Shown: positions 26,338 through 39,540, counted from the whole stretch's first letter. The stretch: 59,356 nucleotides of DNA, filler included, from Sphacelaria rigidula (GCA_964200075.2; 6 parts of 6 records of this genome joined end to end with filler, not necessarily neighbours in it), one strand, 5' to 3'. The notes: generated by a model from the sequence alone, not told the origin. Program-made: numbers and translations.

Positions 26338-26447
26338 TTAACCCTTACACTGCGATGCGGGTAGTCCATCTAAATCACGAATATGTTTTCCAAGCGAGTA
26401 TTTGTGCAGATTCAGCAGGTGATCTGCCCTCGCGGTCGAAGGGTTAA
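26338..26447. mobile_element. Solo piggyBac-like MITE, same family
   Basis: TTAACCCTT...AAGGGTTAA, with internal sequence homologous to the 8991-9455 units. Confidence 0.75.
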
Positions 26448-26895
26448 CGGGCAGAGGAAGTACGCATGCTCGTGCTTCTCGTGATTTTTTTCTTCTTTGC
26501 AAACTTGGGGTCAACAGCCGAACAGTGTGGATCACATATATTCAGTGACTCAATAGTTTGTTTGTTTTTTTCCGTCAACAACAGTGCCACATCGCCCCAT
26601 TTGTGCAGTCAGTACCCGTCGTCAGCGCGTGTGCGGGGATGCTGGTCATCACGATCCATGATTATGATGTCATACGTGACTTTACAAATCATGGTCCATC
26701 ACGTGCTACCGTCATTACCCTCATTTGTCACAAATAATATATATCATGGTTGTCATTACAAGGCGATCACGATCGCTATCACACAACATACACGCGCGTC
26801 TCCGTCACTTCACACCGAAAACAGCGAGGGAGCAGTTGCCCATGAATCAAGGCGTGGATACCAAAGCACTACAGTTGGTACCATGAATCACCAAC

Positions 26896-27001
26896 CTTCC
26901 AAGCCAGCGGCGAGCATAGCATCCCTGGCAGCCTTTGCCCTAGCCTCCTGCTCCTTCTGCTTCTTCGTTTTGTACGTACCGTCTTTTTTCTTGCGCTCCA
27001 A
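26896..27001 (-). CDS. EIF5B: Probable eIF5B exon b
   Basis: cactag|TTG...GAAG|gttggt. LERKKKDGTYKTKKQKEQEARAKAARDAMLAAGLE resembles the eIF5B KKEGKLLTKKQKEE...LLAAG segment. Confidence 0.7.
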
Positions 27002-27409
27002 CTAGTGGATGGATTATGACAAAGAAGCAGAACACCCACGAGAGACGGCATTTTATCGACAGCAGCAACAGCATCAGACAAGAGCTGGCGGGTCACATTA
27101 CACCAGCAAAACGCAACACGTACTTCCGTCTTTCGGAAACCAAATCGGACGGTACAAATCATTAAATAAAACAGCTCAAGAACAGCACACCGCTCACCCC
27201 GTGGGTCACAACAGCCGGTGGTAAGGCGAGAACCAAGAGAATTAACTGCAGGAGAATCACACGGCAATATCACCACAGAATAGTACAGTAGAGGGCAGCA
27301 CGAGTGTAAGTGTTGGGTTATCTCGGGTGAGGTGATTATCAAACACGAAACAATGCGCCACGCCAACACATGAGAACACCAACCACCTACATCTTCACAT
27401 GAAAAACAT

Positions 27410-27523
27410 CACACCCTGGACAATGACGAACGATTGCATCGTCAGAGAGTGTACTGCGTACAGTATTCCATGCTGTACATAGTACACTTTTTGACAATGT
27501 AATCTGTCATTGTCCAGGGTGTG
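27410..27523. mobile_element. Palindromic hAT-type MITE with the same TIR
   Basis: CACACCCTGGACAATGAC...GTCATTGTCCAGGGTGTG, TSD AAAAACAT/AAAAGCAT. Confidence 0.75.
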
Positions 27524-27949
27524 AAAAGCATCAAACAATACGCCTGCCCGCTGTGAGCAAGTTGGGCGCAAACGTCTTCAAATCTGCACCGCTCACTCCT
27601 CGAGGACGAAAAACGCGCGAAGAAAACAAAACGCATGGCTCGTTTAGTCGTATCAGAAGGAAAAGGGCGACAACAAAAACGAAAAACACAAATAACAAAA
27701 CGTATAGAGATATTTATCTTGAGATGGAGATACATAAACACACTGTCGCATACAGTGACGTACGTAACCGCACGGCGCAGAAAATAGACAAAAACTACTC
27801 ACCTGGAGGGCGCGCGCGCGGGGGGCAAGGATTAAGAAAGATCCGAGACACAAAAAAAGGAACCGGCGACAAACAACGTTTTCTACGGTGTGAAGGTCTG
27901 TAACCCCTTCAACACGACGAAGAAGTCAAGGAACATGTCCGCCCTTGCG

Positions 27950-28340
27950 ACGCATCCAAAAACCAAAGCAAGACGGGGCACCAACCATTTTCTTTGGGAT
28001 ACCCTTTAAATTCCTTCGCTTCCTCGGGACGAGTCCGTGGTCTCAAGTCTCAAGGGGGGTCAATCCATATCTCCCGCGACACACGCCTTGCATTCTTGGT
28101 CTCGCCGATCGATTGGATTATGACCTACACTCCCTCACACCGCGTCGACTCTCGGCGAGCACAAACCCAGACAGACAATAATTTTTTGCTACTCACGCCC
28201 CAAAGCTTCCAATACTTTCAACAACGAACGTCAGAAATTTCCGAGAAAAAAATACAAATAAGACGCATCCAGCAGGAATCGAACCCACGTTTTTTCCGCC
28301 CTGATCATGGCAGTCGGACCACACCACCACCGGGCCGCGG
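27950..28340 (-). mobile_element. tRNA-derived SINE-like repeat
   Basis: Head with GGTTCGATTCC B box. Body is similar to 46060-46310(+), which also follows a GAGTTCGATTCTC head near 45920. Confidence 0.55.
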
Positions 28341-28396
28341 CGGCAACGATTTGAACAGTAAAAAGTCGGGAGAAGGATGAGTCATGAAAGGTATAC

Positions 28397-28501
28397 CTTT
28401 TCCTTCGCCTTGGCGCGCTTTTTCGCCTTCTCTTCCTCCTCGGCCTTCCTCGCAGCCTCCTCCTTTGCTTCTATCTCGGCGATCCGTGCGGCCTCTTCCT
28501 C
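28397..28501 (-). CDS. EIF5B: Probable eIF5B N-terminal charged region, exon a
   Basis: ggccag|GAG...AAG|gtatac. EEEAARIAEIEAKEEAARKAEEEEKAKKRAKAKEK, an E/K-rich helix. Confidence 0.65.
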
Positions 28502-29631
28502 CTGGCCATAAATACATCATCATCGCAACAAATCGAGCGGAACGCGACATGCATGTGAGAGATCATTAACTTTTTTCGCTCTGAGTGAATAATCGATTGG
28601 TCACCCCCATTACTTCAACTTATCCCCGAGGAATCCATCTCGAGCCGCGGTTCGTCGTCACGAAGCCTTCTGTACTTCATTAGTAAATCATGACAAAAAA
28701 GAGGGACACAAACCGTCGAACATGAATCATAACAGAAGACATGACACGTCAACAATGACACAGTATCACAGGCTGCACCCAACGGATCACTCCAAAATTT
28801 TCACGCGTCGGACAGATCATGATATGTCTGGAAATGACTTCCTCTCAGTATTTTCTCTCCCGAATTCCGTGTGACAATGGTCCGATCTCCAAGCTCTACC
28901 CAAATATTCTAGAGTTGTGAACTGGCTGCCAGTTTAACTGATGGGTTTTGGAACCAGTTGAACCAGTTATTTCACCCGACATGTATCATACTCTTAAGTG
29001 CTTCATGTACACATGTTACACACTGGAGTAAAAATTTCTGAAGTATTGTACTACAATGACCGTGGGGACGCTGTCTCAGAAGCGAGTACATCAATGCACA
29101 ACGCACAAACCTAGACGGTAGACACTAATATCGCAGACACTATGTTCAGTTTGCACGGACACTTCGTGATTGAGCGGATCTGAAATACGAAGCAAGACTG
29201 CGTTTCGTAGCGTTTTCGTCTGTGCTATGTTTTATTCTGTCGGTATTAAGCGTTAGGCGTCCAGTTGTGGCTGGTCACTGTGATACCGAAGCATGAGGAA
29301 GAGTCGAGATTTCTGTTCAATTTTCCTGGCTGATGAAGTCACCGTCGATAACGTTACCAAGTTGCCGTGCTACTAGTAGTTCCTGGCGCTTGGGTGATAC
29401 ACGCGGAACGCAATGTATGCTGCACTACTGTCTCATCGCTTCGTTTTTTTAGTTCACGTCGCAGAGTTCAGCGATATTTCCTTTCCCCCATACATATATG
29501 GTGACGCACCCATGAGGCAGTGCATAAGCCATGGCTGTCCCTGGAAGTGGCGATACCAGAAAATAAAGCAACCCATTATAGGCTGTCATCCAAATGCAAG
29601 ATAATCAGTAGGCTTCGGGCCGAACAACCTT

Positions 29632-29731
29632 NNNNNNNNNNNNNNNNNNNNNNNNNNNNNNNNNNNNNNNNNNNNTTAATTAATTAANNNNNNNNNNNNN
29701 NNNNNNNNNNNNNNNNNNNNNNNNNNNNNNN
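29632..29731. other. Artificial contig linker
   Basis: Same N/TTAATTAATTAA/N spacer. Confidence 0.97.
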
Positions 29732-30000
29732 CTTCGTGAGAATTTTGGGCTGCTTTTTGGGGGGGGCGGGGGTGTCATCATGATCATGCATGCCATAGTG
29801 GGGGGGCGGGGGGAGGGGGGGAGGGGGGGGGTATCGCAGAACCTGTCAACAACAGACAAGATGAAACCCTAGGGAGGTATCGGGATATACACGGGGCTTC
29901 ATCAAAACAGCACAAGAACCACAGCTCCCCGTCCTTCGCATCTACCCCAGTGCGACCACGACAAGAATCGCCATGGAGAAAATGAGGGTTTTCGTTTTCT

Positions 30001-30330
30001 CGACTACTGTACTAAAATCCAGTTGCTTGGGGGGGTACGACTCGTGGAGTTTGGTTGGTGGGGCCTTGGGATATATACGTATAGTAATCCTATCTCTTCT
30101 TGTGACCGGCGTTCTGCTCAATATACCCGTTGTGCGTGGGGGTATACTCCTTGTGTATGTCATTTTTCCGACTACTGTACTAAAATCCAGTTGCTTGGGG
30201 GGGTACGACTCGTGGGGTTTAGTTGGTGTGGCCTTGGGATATATACGTATGGTAATCCTATCTCTTCTTGCGACCGGCGTTCTGCTCAACATACCCGTTG
30301 TGCATCGGGGTATACTCCTTGTGTATGCGA
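30001..30330. repeat. 168-bp tandem duplication
   Basis: CGACTACTGTACTAAAATCCAGTTGCTTGGGGGGGTACGACTCGTGG starts at both 30001 and 30169. Confidence 0.9.
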
Positions 30331-31679
30331 CATACATCATGGTGGTACACGTCTCGGATTAGGCTACTCCTACAGTACCACACGGTGACGCCCTGCCTGT
30401 TTTCTGCTGGGTGCACGGCCGAGTGGGGCGCCGGTGCCTCTTGGGCCGAGCCGTGCTATTACCGTTCTGCAGTTTTAGATTGACGTTTTGTTCAACGCAC
30501 CTATTGTGCACTGAGGCATGCATCTTACGTATACGACATAAAGCCTGGCGGTAAAAGTCGCGGATAAGGCTACTAACGCATTTCTGCACGGTGACGTGCT
30601 GCTTGCTCCCGGGGTACACGGCCGGGCGGGGCGCCGGGTCCTTGTGGGCCGACCGGTGCTATTCCCATCCTGTAGTATATCTATAGTTTGTTTGTGTGCT
30701 GCCAATATATCTTGCTAGATTTCCATGACTCTATACCGTCCAAAGTGGGCTTGGACTTCATGAATACTATTGTGACATATTTCCCTCGATGGCCACACTC
30801 GACGATAGGCGCGTCGGCGCTTGCTCCAGCCGAGCCAGCTCGCGTGGATATCGTCACGTTACGATCAGCACCATCTTCCGCACCCGAAACGCTGAATATA
30901 GTTTATTATCTTTCATTTGCATCACAACATATGGTCATGTTCTAATTGACACCTTGTACCCAGTCTGTAACATAAAATAGTATAATAACTGCGCCAAAAG
31001 GGTGAAGGCGCCTCATGTCACCACGTCTCTACTAGAAAAGCACAGGTAACAAACGGAGATCGGGGTCGCAGCTGCTCAATAGTTGAAAGCTCAAGCAGGG
31101 CTTCGAGGTCCAGCACTTGGTGAAGCTACTGCAGTACATAACCGGTGAGATCACATCATGAGCTTGAAACCTTCTCACGCGATGCTGCTGTATCGCACCA
31201 AGTGTAGGGGGCCTCATACGTGCATTGCAGCATATGCAGAGTTGTGCCAATCTGCGATACTGTAATCTGTCGGCACCTTTGTTGGCTATGTTCAAATGTT
31301 TTTTTTTACGTTTGTGCAAGCGCAGCAGGAACGCAATGAAAAAGCATACAACCTCACAGAGCTCGTGTACTACGAAAGGAGAATGGCAGGCAAGGGATCC
31401 GTTAAGCCAGCACTAGCACTCACTCATGCGGTCTATCGGAGGAAGTACTGCACATCACAGACAGCACGTGTACAACAGTACCTGCCCCGTTCAGATGATC
31501 CTCACTTGTCCAAACCCTGTACATGTGTTGTAGCCTTAGCAGGGTTCTACACAGTGCCACTCTCACTCTAGACCAAGTCGCCTTACCCCACTGTACGGAC
31601 TGTTCTGTAGGCACTGTTCGTACGCTATCATCGAGGTGGTCTTGAAGCTAGTCGTCTCGTGTCACGCGATACACATATA

Positions 31680-33067
31680 CAAGGATAGGTCGAGTAGAGT
31701 ATACTCAATAGGAGCTGGGCCAGCCTAGAGGCGGATTTGAAGTTTGCAGGCCCATGCTCTTTTATACACTTAGAGTTGGACCCTGAAATTTGGTATGGAC
31801 AGTGCATAGGTCATAAAAAAAAAAGTACTGAAGTACCAAAAGTGTTTTTTTTCATGGGTTAGGGGCATTTCACTGACCTGAAAACCGATTTGCCCTTAAC
31901 TCATGAAAAAAAACACTTTTTGGTACTTCAGTATTTTTATTTTTATGCCCTATGCACTGTCCGTACCAAATTTCAGGGTCCAACTCTAAATGTATTAAAG
32001 AGCATGGGCCCATCAAAAACCGGGTCGGTAGAAATTAGGAACAGTATTTTGCAGGTCACTCACCGGCCCACGTTTGGTTTTTGTGTATTGAAATTTGGTA
32101 TGGGCGCTCTCTAAGGCATATTCAACAAAAAAGAACGGGTCAGGTTGATTTTTTTCAATTTTTTTCACTGGTTAAGGGCGTTCTACTATGGTGAAGACCG
32201 TTTTTTTCACAAAAACACCCTAACCTCTATTAAAAAAAAATGAGGGCCCATTTTTTTTTATTCGGCACTCTTTTGTGGTTCTCCACACCAAAATTCGTCG
32301 CCATCCGCTAAATGCATCGATCGGGAGTTCATAGAGATTTTTGTATTGGCGAGGTATTGGCGCTATCTCCCTTAGGTATAGAAATTACTAGACATGGGGT
32401 TTAATCAACGAGAAGAGATGGGCCAAAACTTTTGAGCAGATGGGCACCTTCCCCTTGATCGGACGATTAATACGATATTGCTTTTAGAGCTTAAATCCGT
32501 TTTTAGGCTGGCCCAGCTCGTACTCAGTATTTTTTAAAAGTTATACTTTTAGTACTCAAAATTTGAGTAGAGGATTGGAAGCCGTACTTGACGTACTCAA
32601 AATTTGAGTAAAGTATCTGACACCATACTCAACCCACTCAACTTTTGAGTAGAGTATTGAGGTCGTACTCAAGTGATAGTCTATACTCAAGTATCACTGA
32701 GAGTGCTTACTCAAAATTTCAGTAGAGGATTGGAAGCCGTACTTGACGTACTCAAAATTTGAGTAAAGTTATTTGACACCATACTCAACCTACTCAACTT
32801 TTGAGTAGAGTATTGAGGTCGTACTCAAGTGATACTCTATACACAAGTATCACTGAGAGTGCTTACTCAATATTTGAGTAGAGTATTTGTGGTCCTACTC
32901 GACCTACTCAAAATTTGAGTAGAGTATTTGAGGCCATACTCGACCTACTCGAAATTTGAGTAGAGTATTTGAGGCCATATTCGACCTACTCGAACGTCGA
33001 GTAGAGTAAATACTTTAGTATTTTACTCGAGTTCTCAATAGTACATACTCTACCCGACCTACCCTTG
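31680..33067. mobile_element. hAT-type MITE with internal GAGTA/TACTC repeats and a nested mariner-type MITE
   Basis: TIR CAAGGATAGGTCG...CGACCTACCCTTG and a perfect 8-bp TSD CACATATA (31672-31679 and 33068-33075). Confidence 0.88.
31711..32520. mobile_element. Tc1/mariner-type MITE nested in the hAT MITE
   Basis: TA TSD on both sides and a ~30-bp TIR GAGCTGGGCCAGCCTA..CGGATTT. Confidence 0.85.
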
Positions 33068-33388
33068 CACATATACTACAAGTATACCACGGAAAATACT
33101 GTTCTGAAAATACAGGCACCAGAACCAGCGCCAGCACCTTGTGTTGCGCGTTGTTGAGTGTCACGTTTTTTATCATCTAAATCAAAGTCAATACTCGTAC
33201 ACCATGGGATCAGCAGGCTTTATGATGCATGAAATCACAGTCATGCTGGCCTCCAACTACAGGAATTACCAGTCTCCCCCTCTCACAAGAACTCCAGCTC
33301 AACTGCACTCATCGCAGCGCACAAACTGGATGATTAATGTTTCCCAACCCCAGGCAAAAAAGATACTGCTGACATGAGTACGAGTATT

Positions 33389-33875
33389 GCAAGGGCAGTT
33401 GGGTATACCCAATACTCGACATTTTTGAAAAGTCACACTCTTAGTACCCGCACATTTGGATAGATTGTTGATGTCATACCAAATCTACCCAAATTTTGGG
33501 TACAGTAGTTTTGATCGTACTCAATCTACCCAATTTTTGGGTAAAGCATCGAGGTCATACCCAAGTGATACTCTACATCCAGGTATTGCTGAGAACACAT
33601 GCCCAATTTTTGGATGGAGTATCGAACTCATACCCAATTTACCCAATTTAAGGGTAGAGTGTAGGTGTCACACCCGAGTGATATTCCATACCCAGGTATT
33701 GCCGAGAATACTTGCCCAAAATTCGGTCAGAGTATTTGAGGTCGTGCCCAATCCACCCAAAATTCGGGTAGAGTATTTGAGGCCGTACCCAATCTATCGT
33801 AATCTTGGTGGGGTTAAATACTCGAGTTTTTTCATCGAGTATTCAAAAGTATATTCTCCACCCGACCTGTACTTG
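33389..33875. mobile_element. Further copy of the CAAGGG hAT-type MITE family
   Basis: CAAGGGCAG...CCCGACCTGTACTTG ends with the same subterminal repeats. Confidence 0.7.
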
Positions 33876-34761
33876 GCGTTGTCGATCGGAAACATGCGGG
33901 GAAAAGGTACGAAGGGGCGCTTGAGCCTATCCTGCAGACCGTGCCAGATACTACCCGTTCACAGAACAATACAAACCCCACACAACTCATTCTCAGCTGC
34001 TACCGCAACCGTGCAGCATAGAGTACGAGCTAGGCACACACAGGGATAGACATTCTCCAGTCGTGGGGTATGATGTGTTTATTTTGTTTTGGCGAACACT
34101 TGAAGCATCTTCCTTCATAGTAAAGATCGACGGCGGAACTGCGCGGTGGAGTTGACGAACGGCTTACGTAGACTCACGCACTGTGCAGGCAGTACAAAGC
34201 TGTACGTTGTGCAAATCATTTTCACGTCGCACTGTGAGCAGAGAGTACAGATAGTCGTGCGGTATCTGCTCTGCACGCTGCCCGCTTCTGTCATATCCTA
34301 CGGTACGAAACGCTCACACACACACACACTCAGGCACACTGTATGCATACAGCGCAGATAGTACAGTGCTGTCTCTACAGTACAGTGCTGTACTGTAGAC
34401 ATGCGAACAATTACCGCGTCAAGAATTCCCTTGTCTTTTTTCGATCGAAAGGTAGCGAATTCGCTTGGACCCAACTCGCGGGAAATGAACAAATTCGCTC
34501 AAATGAGTTCCACCGCACTTTTTTTTCTATAAAAAAATGATGTGCTGGGATGCGGCCCACCCCATATTTGGGTAGATAGTTGACATCTTGCCCAATCTAC
34601 CAACACGTTGGGTAAGGCATTAGATCGTACCCAACTTATCCAATATTCGGGTGAGAGTATTGGGGTCATACCCGCGTGATGCTGTATACCCAGTTATTTG
34701 CTGAGAGTGCATACCCAATATTTGGGTAAAGTATTGATGCTTCGCCCATGTGATACTCCAT

Positions 34762-35239
34762 GGCCGCTTCTCATCGTCTGAGAACGGACGCTCTGAGGAC
34801 TGCCCTTCTTGAGTCTTTCATCGCGAATTTTTTGGCGGAATACGGGCCTTGGCGCATTTGGTCTCCTCTGAAAGATTTGCCATGTTTCCCACGAGGATTC
34901 CAGCGCACTTGCGCGATTTTTCGTAGCCCCAGTCTTACTGTTATTCGGATTCCAGATTTTTCAAGTCGCCCCAAAAGTCGTCCAGTCGTCGGGGGAAACA
35001 CGTATTCAACCCGACAACTCTGAGATTTTGGGGGCGATTGAAGAATCGAAAACCTGTCTGAAGGTAAAAGTGGGCTCACGAAAAATCGGAAAATTGCGCT
35101 AGAATCCTCGTGAAGAACATGATAAATATTGCAGTGGAGGCCCAATCCGCCAAGGTCCGTATTCCGTCAAAAATCCGCAAGAAAAAGCTCAAAAAGAGCA
35201 TATCTCCGAGAGCCCATTTTTAGACCAGAAGAACTAGCC
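34762..35239. mobile_element. Second, more diverged copy of the foldback MITE
   Basis: Shares GAATACGGGCCTTGGCG / CGCCAAGGTCCGTATTCC arms with 37036-37514. Confidence 0.7.
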
Positions 35240-35262
35240 TTATACTCAGGCAATAAACATAT

Positions 35263-36653
35263 ATGTCCACCTGGGTCCACCATCTGCACCCTCGGATAAT
35301 GGCAAAACACGTGCGGCTGGCCTGTGTCGCATGACCACCCCGACCGTGGTGACTTGGATCAAACTTTCAATCGGAGCCAGCACAACCAACGCGGAATAAA
35401 GTGAGTAGTACAGCAGGATCATGATGTTGCACTCTCTCTCATCTCACTACTCGTCGCGTGGTCGAGTCTGCGTGACTTTTCCCTGCCAGCTCGAACATAG
35501 AAACAATGCTCGGTGTTAATGATGTCAAAGCTCATAATTTTATCCTCGCTCACCTCTCAACTTTGTATGTATGATCCACACCGACCGAGTATAAAGAGAA
35601 GAGAGCTACCGCTTCGTGTATCCAGAGAGGCACAGAAAAAGCTCGCTCCGTGTACCCAGAGGGGCACAGAAAGCCCAAGGTAGAGAGAGTGGCGTGTACC
35701 GGGACAGACAACATCATGGCGACTATATTATGTGCTTATGGGTGTTAGTGGAATTAAGTGTATTGGTACCACCGTCTGTGTACACCGTACCGTCTCCACA
35801 GCATCCGCCCGCTGTTTGAAATAACATGGAGAACGTGTCACCCCAGCCGTGGGTCTTTTTCGTCGGCTTAATTTTCACTTCAAAAATACTCACCCTGGCG
35901 GTCAAGAGGTTAAAATCACGGCTGACCGCAGAAAAGGGTCACGCTACCCGAGGATTTGGCGGAATGTGATCCTTCAGTGATGAACGTAGACAAAGGGAGG
36001 AACGCAGCGGGAGGGGGGACGAAAATAGAAAGACACTGGACTGTACTGTCTGTACAGCATTGTACAATGCTCTGTGTTTCAGTCGGGCTTTCGTGTACTG
36101 TACCCACCTTGCCAATGTAACCTTCTGCCTGCAGGTCATCATTCATTTTTTGCTGTAAAAACGGTACGGTGCACATGGTGATGCCGGTAGACTCGAGGTA
36201 ACTATAAACTATCAGCACATATTATAGTCGCCATCATGTTGTGTGTTCCGGTACACGCCACTCTCTCTACCTCGGGCTTTCTGTGCCTCTCTGGGTACAC
36301 GGAGCGGCAGCTCTTTTCCCTTTATACTCTGTCTGTGTGGATCATACATACCAAGTTGGGAGGTAAGCGAGTATTAAATGTTGAGCTTTGAAATCATCAA
36401 CACAGAGCATTTCTGCATGTTCGAGCTGGCGGTGAAAAGTCACGCAGACTCGACCACGCGACGAGTAGTGAGAGATGAGAGAGAGTGCGACATCATGATA
36501 CTGTTGTAGTACTGACTGTATTCTGCTTTGTTTGTGCTGAATCCGATTGAAAGTGTGATCCAAGTCACCACCGTCGGGGTGGTCACGCGGCACAGGCCAG
36601 CCGCACGCGTTTCGCCGTCATCCCAGGGTGCAGATGGTGCACCCGGGTGCACA
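35263..36653. repeat. Long inverted repeat (~500-bp arms, 35263-35790 and 36163-36653)
   Basis: For example, CTCTCTCTCATCTCACTACTCGTCGCGTGGTCGAGTCTGCGTGACTTTT at about 35430 has its reverse complement at about 36435-36485. Confidence 0.85.
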
Positions 36654-37035
36654 TGTACTGTTTTTGATACCCAGATATTACTCATAGTGCTTACCCAAAA
36701 ATCGGGCAAAGAACTTGAGGTGGCACCCGATTTTCCCGGAATTTCGGTAGAGTGTATGGGGTGGTACCCCATGACTGTACCCAAACTTGTGGAGAGTATT
36801 TGGGGTGGTTACCCAGTCTACCCAAAATTTGGATAGAATATTTTAGGCCGAACTCAATGTACCCAGACCTTGGGCAGAGTAAATACCCGGGTATTTCACC
36901 CGAGAATTCAAAAGTACATACCCTACCCGACATGCCCTTGCCTTACAAACGCGGTTCGACGAAAGTCGCGCGGTACTGCGTAACAATAGGCTATCACAAT
37001 ACACACAAATGCTTGATGCTAAAAGCTCTCGGTCA

Positions 37036-37514
37036 GGCCGCTTATTTTTGACTGAAAAAAAATCTGTCCGAGAACTGCCCTTTTGAACCTTTCATCACGG
37101 ATTGTTGGAAGAATACGGGCCTTGGCGGATTTGCCCTCCTCGGAAAGATTTGCTGTATATGTTCCACGAGGATTCTAGCGAACTTTTCCGATTGTTTGTA
37201 CGCCCAGTTTTACTTTTGACCGGATCCTGATTTTTTTCAGTCGCCGCGATAATCGTCCGGTTGTCAGGAAAAATACGTACTTTTTCCCGACAACTCGAAG
37301 TTTTTTGGGATGACTGAAAAAAGTCAGGATCCGATCGAAAGTAAAACTGGGCGTACAAACAATCGGAAAAGTGCGCTAGAATCTTCGTGAAACATATAGC
37401 AAATCTTTCCGAGGAGGCCAATCCGCCAAGGCCCGTATTCCGCCAATAATCCGTGATGAAAGGTTCAAAAGGGGAGTTCTCAGACAGAATTTTTTCAGTC
37501 TATAAAAAGCGGCC
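37036..37514. mobile_element. Foldback PIF/Harbinger (Tourist-like) MITE
   Basis: TCA|GGCCGCTT...AAGCGGCC|TCA (3-bp TSD). The arms are complementary over most of the length. Confidence 0.75.
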
Positions 37515-39277
37515 TCAGGGTGAGAAGACTGTGCGCTCAGACCGCTTTGGAGGGGAGACATCTGTACTCGAACAAATTTGAGGATTTCAACCCGTCTGCG
37601 GAAGATTTACTCTCATGGATTTATTCTTCGGATCCCAGCCCGTTGAACAGTGTTTGTCGACTAGCTGTGGCGAAAGTGATCAACTCTCCGATTCTCTGAA
37701 CGCTGAGTTTTGGCATATCACCTCTTTGCTCAAACTGAGACACTCCCGATGTGTGTGCGCGAGGGACAGACTCGGGTCGCAAATCTATTTGTTGTTTACG
37801 CATATTCGGGAGTTTCTCGATTTGGGCAAAAAGGTGACCCAGCAGAGGTCAATGTGCAGAGAATCGGAGAGTTTCTATGGCTTTCCCACAGCTAACTGAG
37901 AGCGGTCCGAAAAATACATAAACGGGAGAAAATCGCCTGCAGACGGACTTAAATCCTCAGATTTGTGCAATGATAGATTCGTGACCATAGGAAACGGTCT
38001 TGACCTTACAAAATTACACGATTTTTGCAGCTCGCGGTCTCGTCTTTACCCTATTTTAGGGCAATTCCTCTCTGTTCCAGACCATGTGTTGAGTTTTCGA
38101 GTTCAACACATCAGGAAACTCACTAAAAGCCCGAGATTCGACAGATGGCGCACAATGGTACATGAATAACATGGTTGAAGACGAATGTCGGCGGGGAATG
38201 CATGGTAGCGCAGAGGACGAGGAAAGTAGCCGTTCCGGAGGGTACGTTGTACAGTGATTCCAGGGGTGGCATCCACGATTTTGGCCTGGATGACAAGCTG
38301 ATGACATGATTTTTTCTCGTGTTACTTTATTTGAAATATGAAAATATTGAAGAAGAAAAAAACTCTTTTTTCAGAGATTTCATGTAAACATCTCCCCCCT
38401 CCCCGAATTAATTGTCTCACGGGTGGTATCTACCGGTGTGGCCGGTTACACACGAATGGCGATGCACCTGAACACACGAATACGTTAATAAAGTTAAAAA
38501 GTTAACAATCAGACGAATTTTTCATGGGGGAAAATCCCGAATCTGCAGATACCCCAACCTATGCAAAGTCAAGGTGACTTATTTGCGGAAATCACAGTCC
38601 AGGAACCCCGTTATGGTCTAACGGCTTTGTTGAATCTGGTGCTGTACACGGGGGGACATTTTTTGCAGGGACGGAGTATAACTTTTCTAGTGAAGCCGAA
38701 GAACAGGCAAGCAGTGGATCAACCTCCGTCTACAGGGTCGTACCGTGATAACGTCGAGAATAATACCGTCTAGCACTGTACCCCATGGTATTATCCCAGT
38801 ACACGATAATTCTGTGCGGTACTACATGATGGTTCAGTCAGTAATACGAGGACAAGGTGCATGAAGAGTACTGCACGAGTGCACTACCGTGCATCACCCT
38901 GCAAGTACCACGACAACAAATAGTAGGATGGTACAGAACCGTTCGTTACGGTGATACGTGCAGCCATGTTGTGCAGTGTGTTGCCATGGCCGCAGGGCAC
39001 GACACCAACGCTTTTTGTCCACCTGTCAAACCCCGTGTGCACTACCTGTGCTACGAAGCCACCCCAGCACCTGGCACGGGTAGGCACGGTCTGTGCTGTC
39101 ACACGAGACTGTTGCTGCGGTTTCAAAAAGATCAAATCCCTCTTGTCCTATCATCGTAGGTCTCTGTATATACGTCACCTTCTTACAGATTGGAGGGGGG
39201 TGGGGGGGGCAAGCCCCACTTTCCCCCGATATGTAGCGCAGATCGAGAGTTCTGGTGAGAAAATCGACAATCCGGAT

Positions 39278-39346
39278 CTAGGCTCCCCCGATCGGGGCCA
39301 TCTTTGGGTCCATGAAGAATGACTTCAGGATCTGTGCTTCCCCGAC
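39278..39346 (-). CDS. Possible terminal exon of an unidentified gene
   Basis: acgcag|GTC...TAG encoding VGEAQILKSFFMDPKMAPIGGA*. GC3-rich and exon-like, but no family recognised and no upstream exon in the contig. Confidence 0.3.
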   Translation of the reverse strand, partial: VGEAQILKSFFMDPKMAPIGGA

Positions 39347-39540
39347 CTGCGTACATATTGGCAGTTGTGTCATCATCGAAACCAGACTCATCCCCGCCGC
39401 CTCCATTCTTCCCCACGGGGGATAAAATCTCTCCATTCCTTCCCTAGACACGATCGGAGAGGTGTAGGGGGGGGGGGGGGGGGGGGGGGCACTCATAATC
39501 ATACGCCCCAGGGTCAAAAGACCGTGGCCCTCGCCTCTTT

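Noticed and set aside
32520..33060. Regularly spaced TACTCAAAATTTGAGTAGAGTATT repeats resembling a CRISPR array
   Set aside because: The intervening sequences are themselves repeated, there are no cas genes, and the array lies within hAT TIRs and a TSD in eukaryotic DNA.
33456..34049. 197-aa ORF
   Set aside because: It is a translation of MITE subterminal repeats with no recognisable domain.
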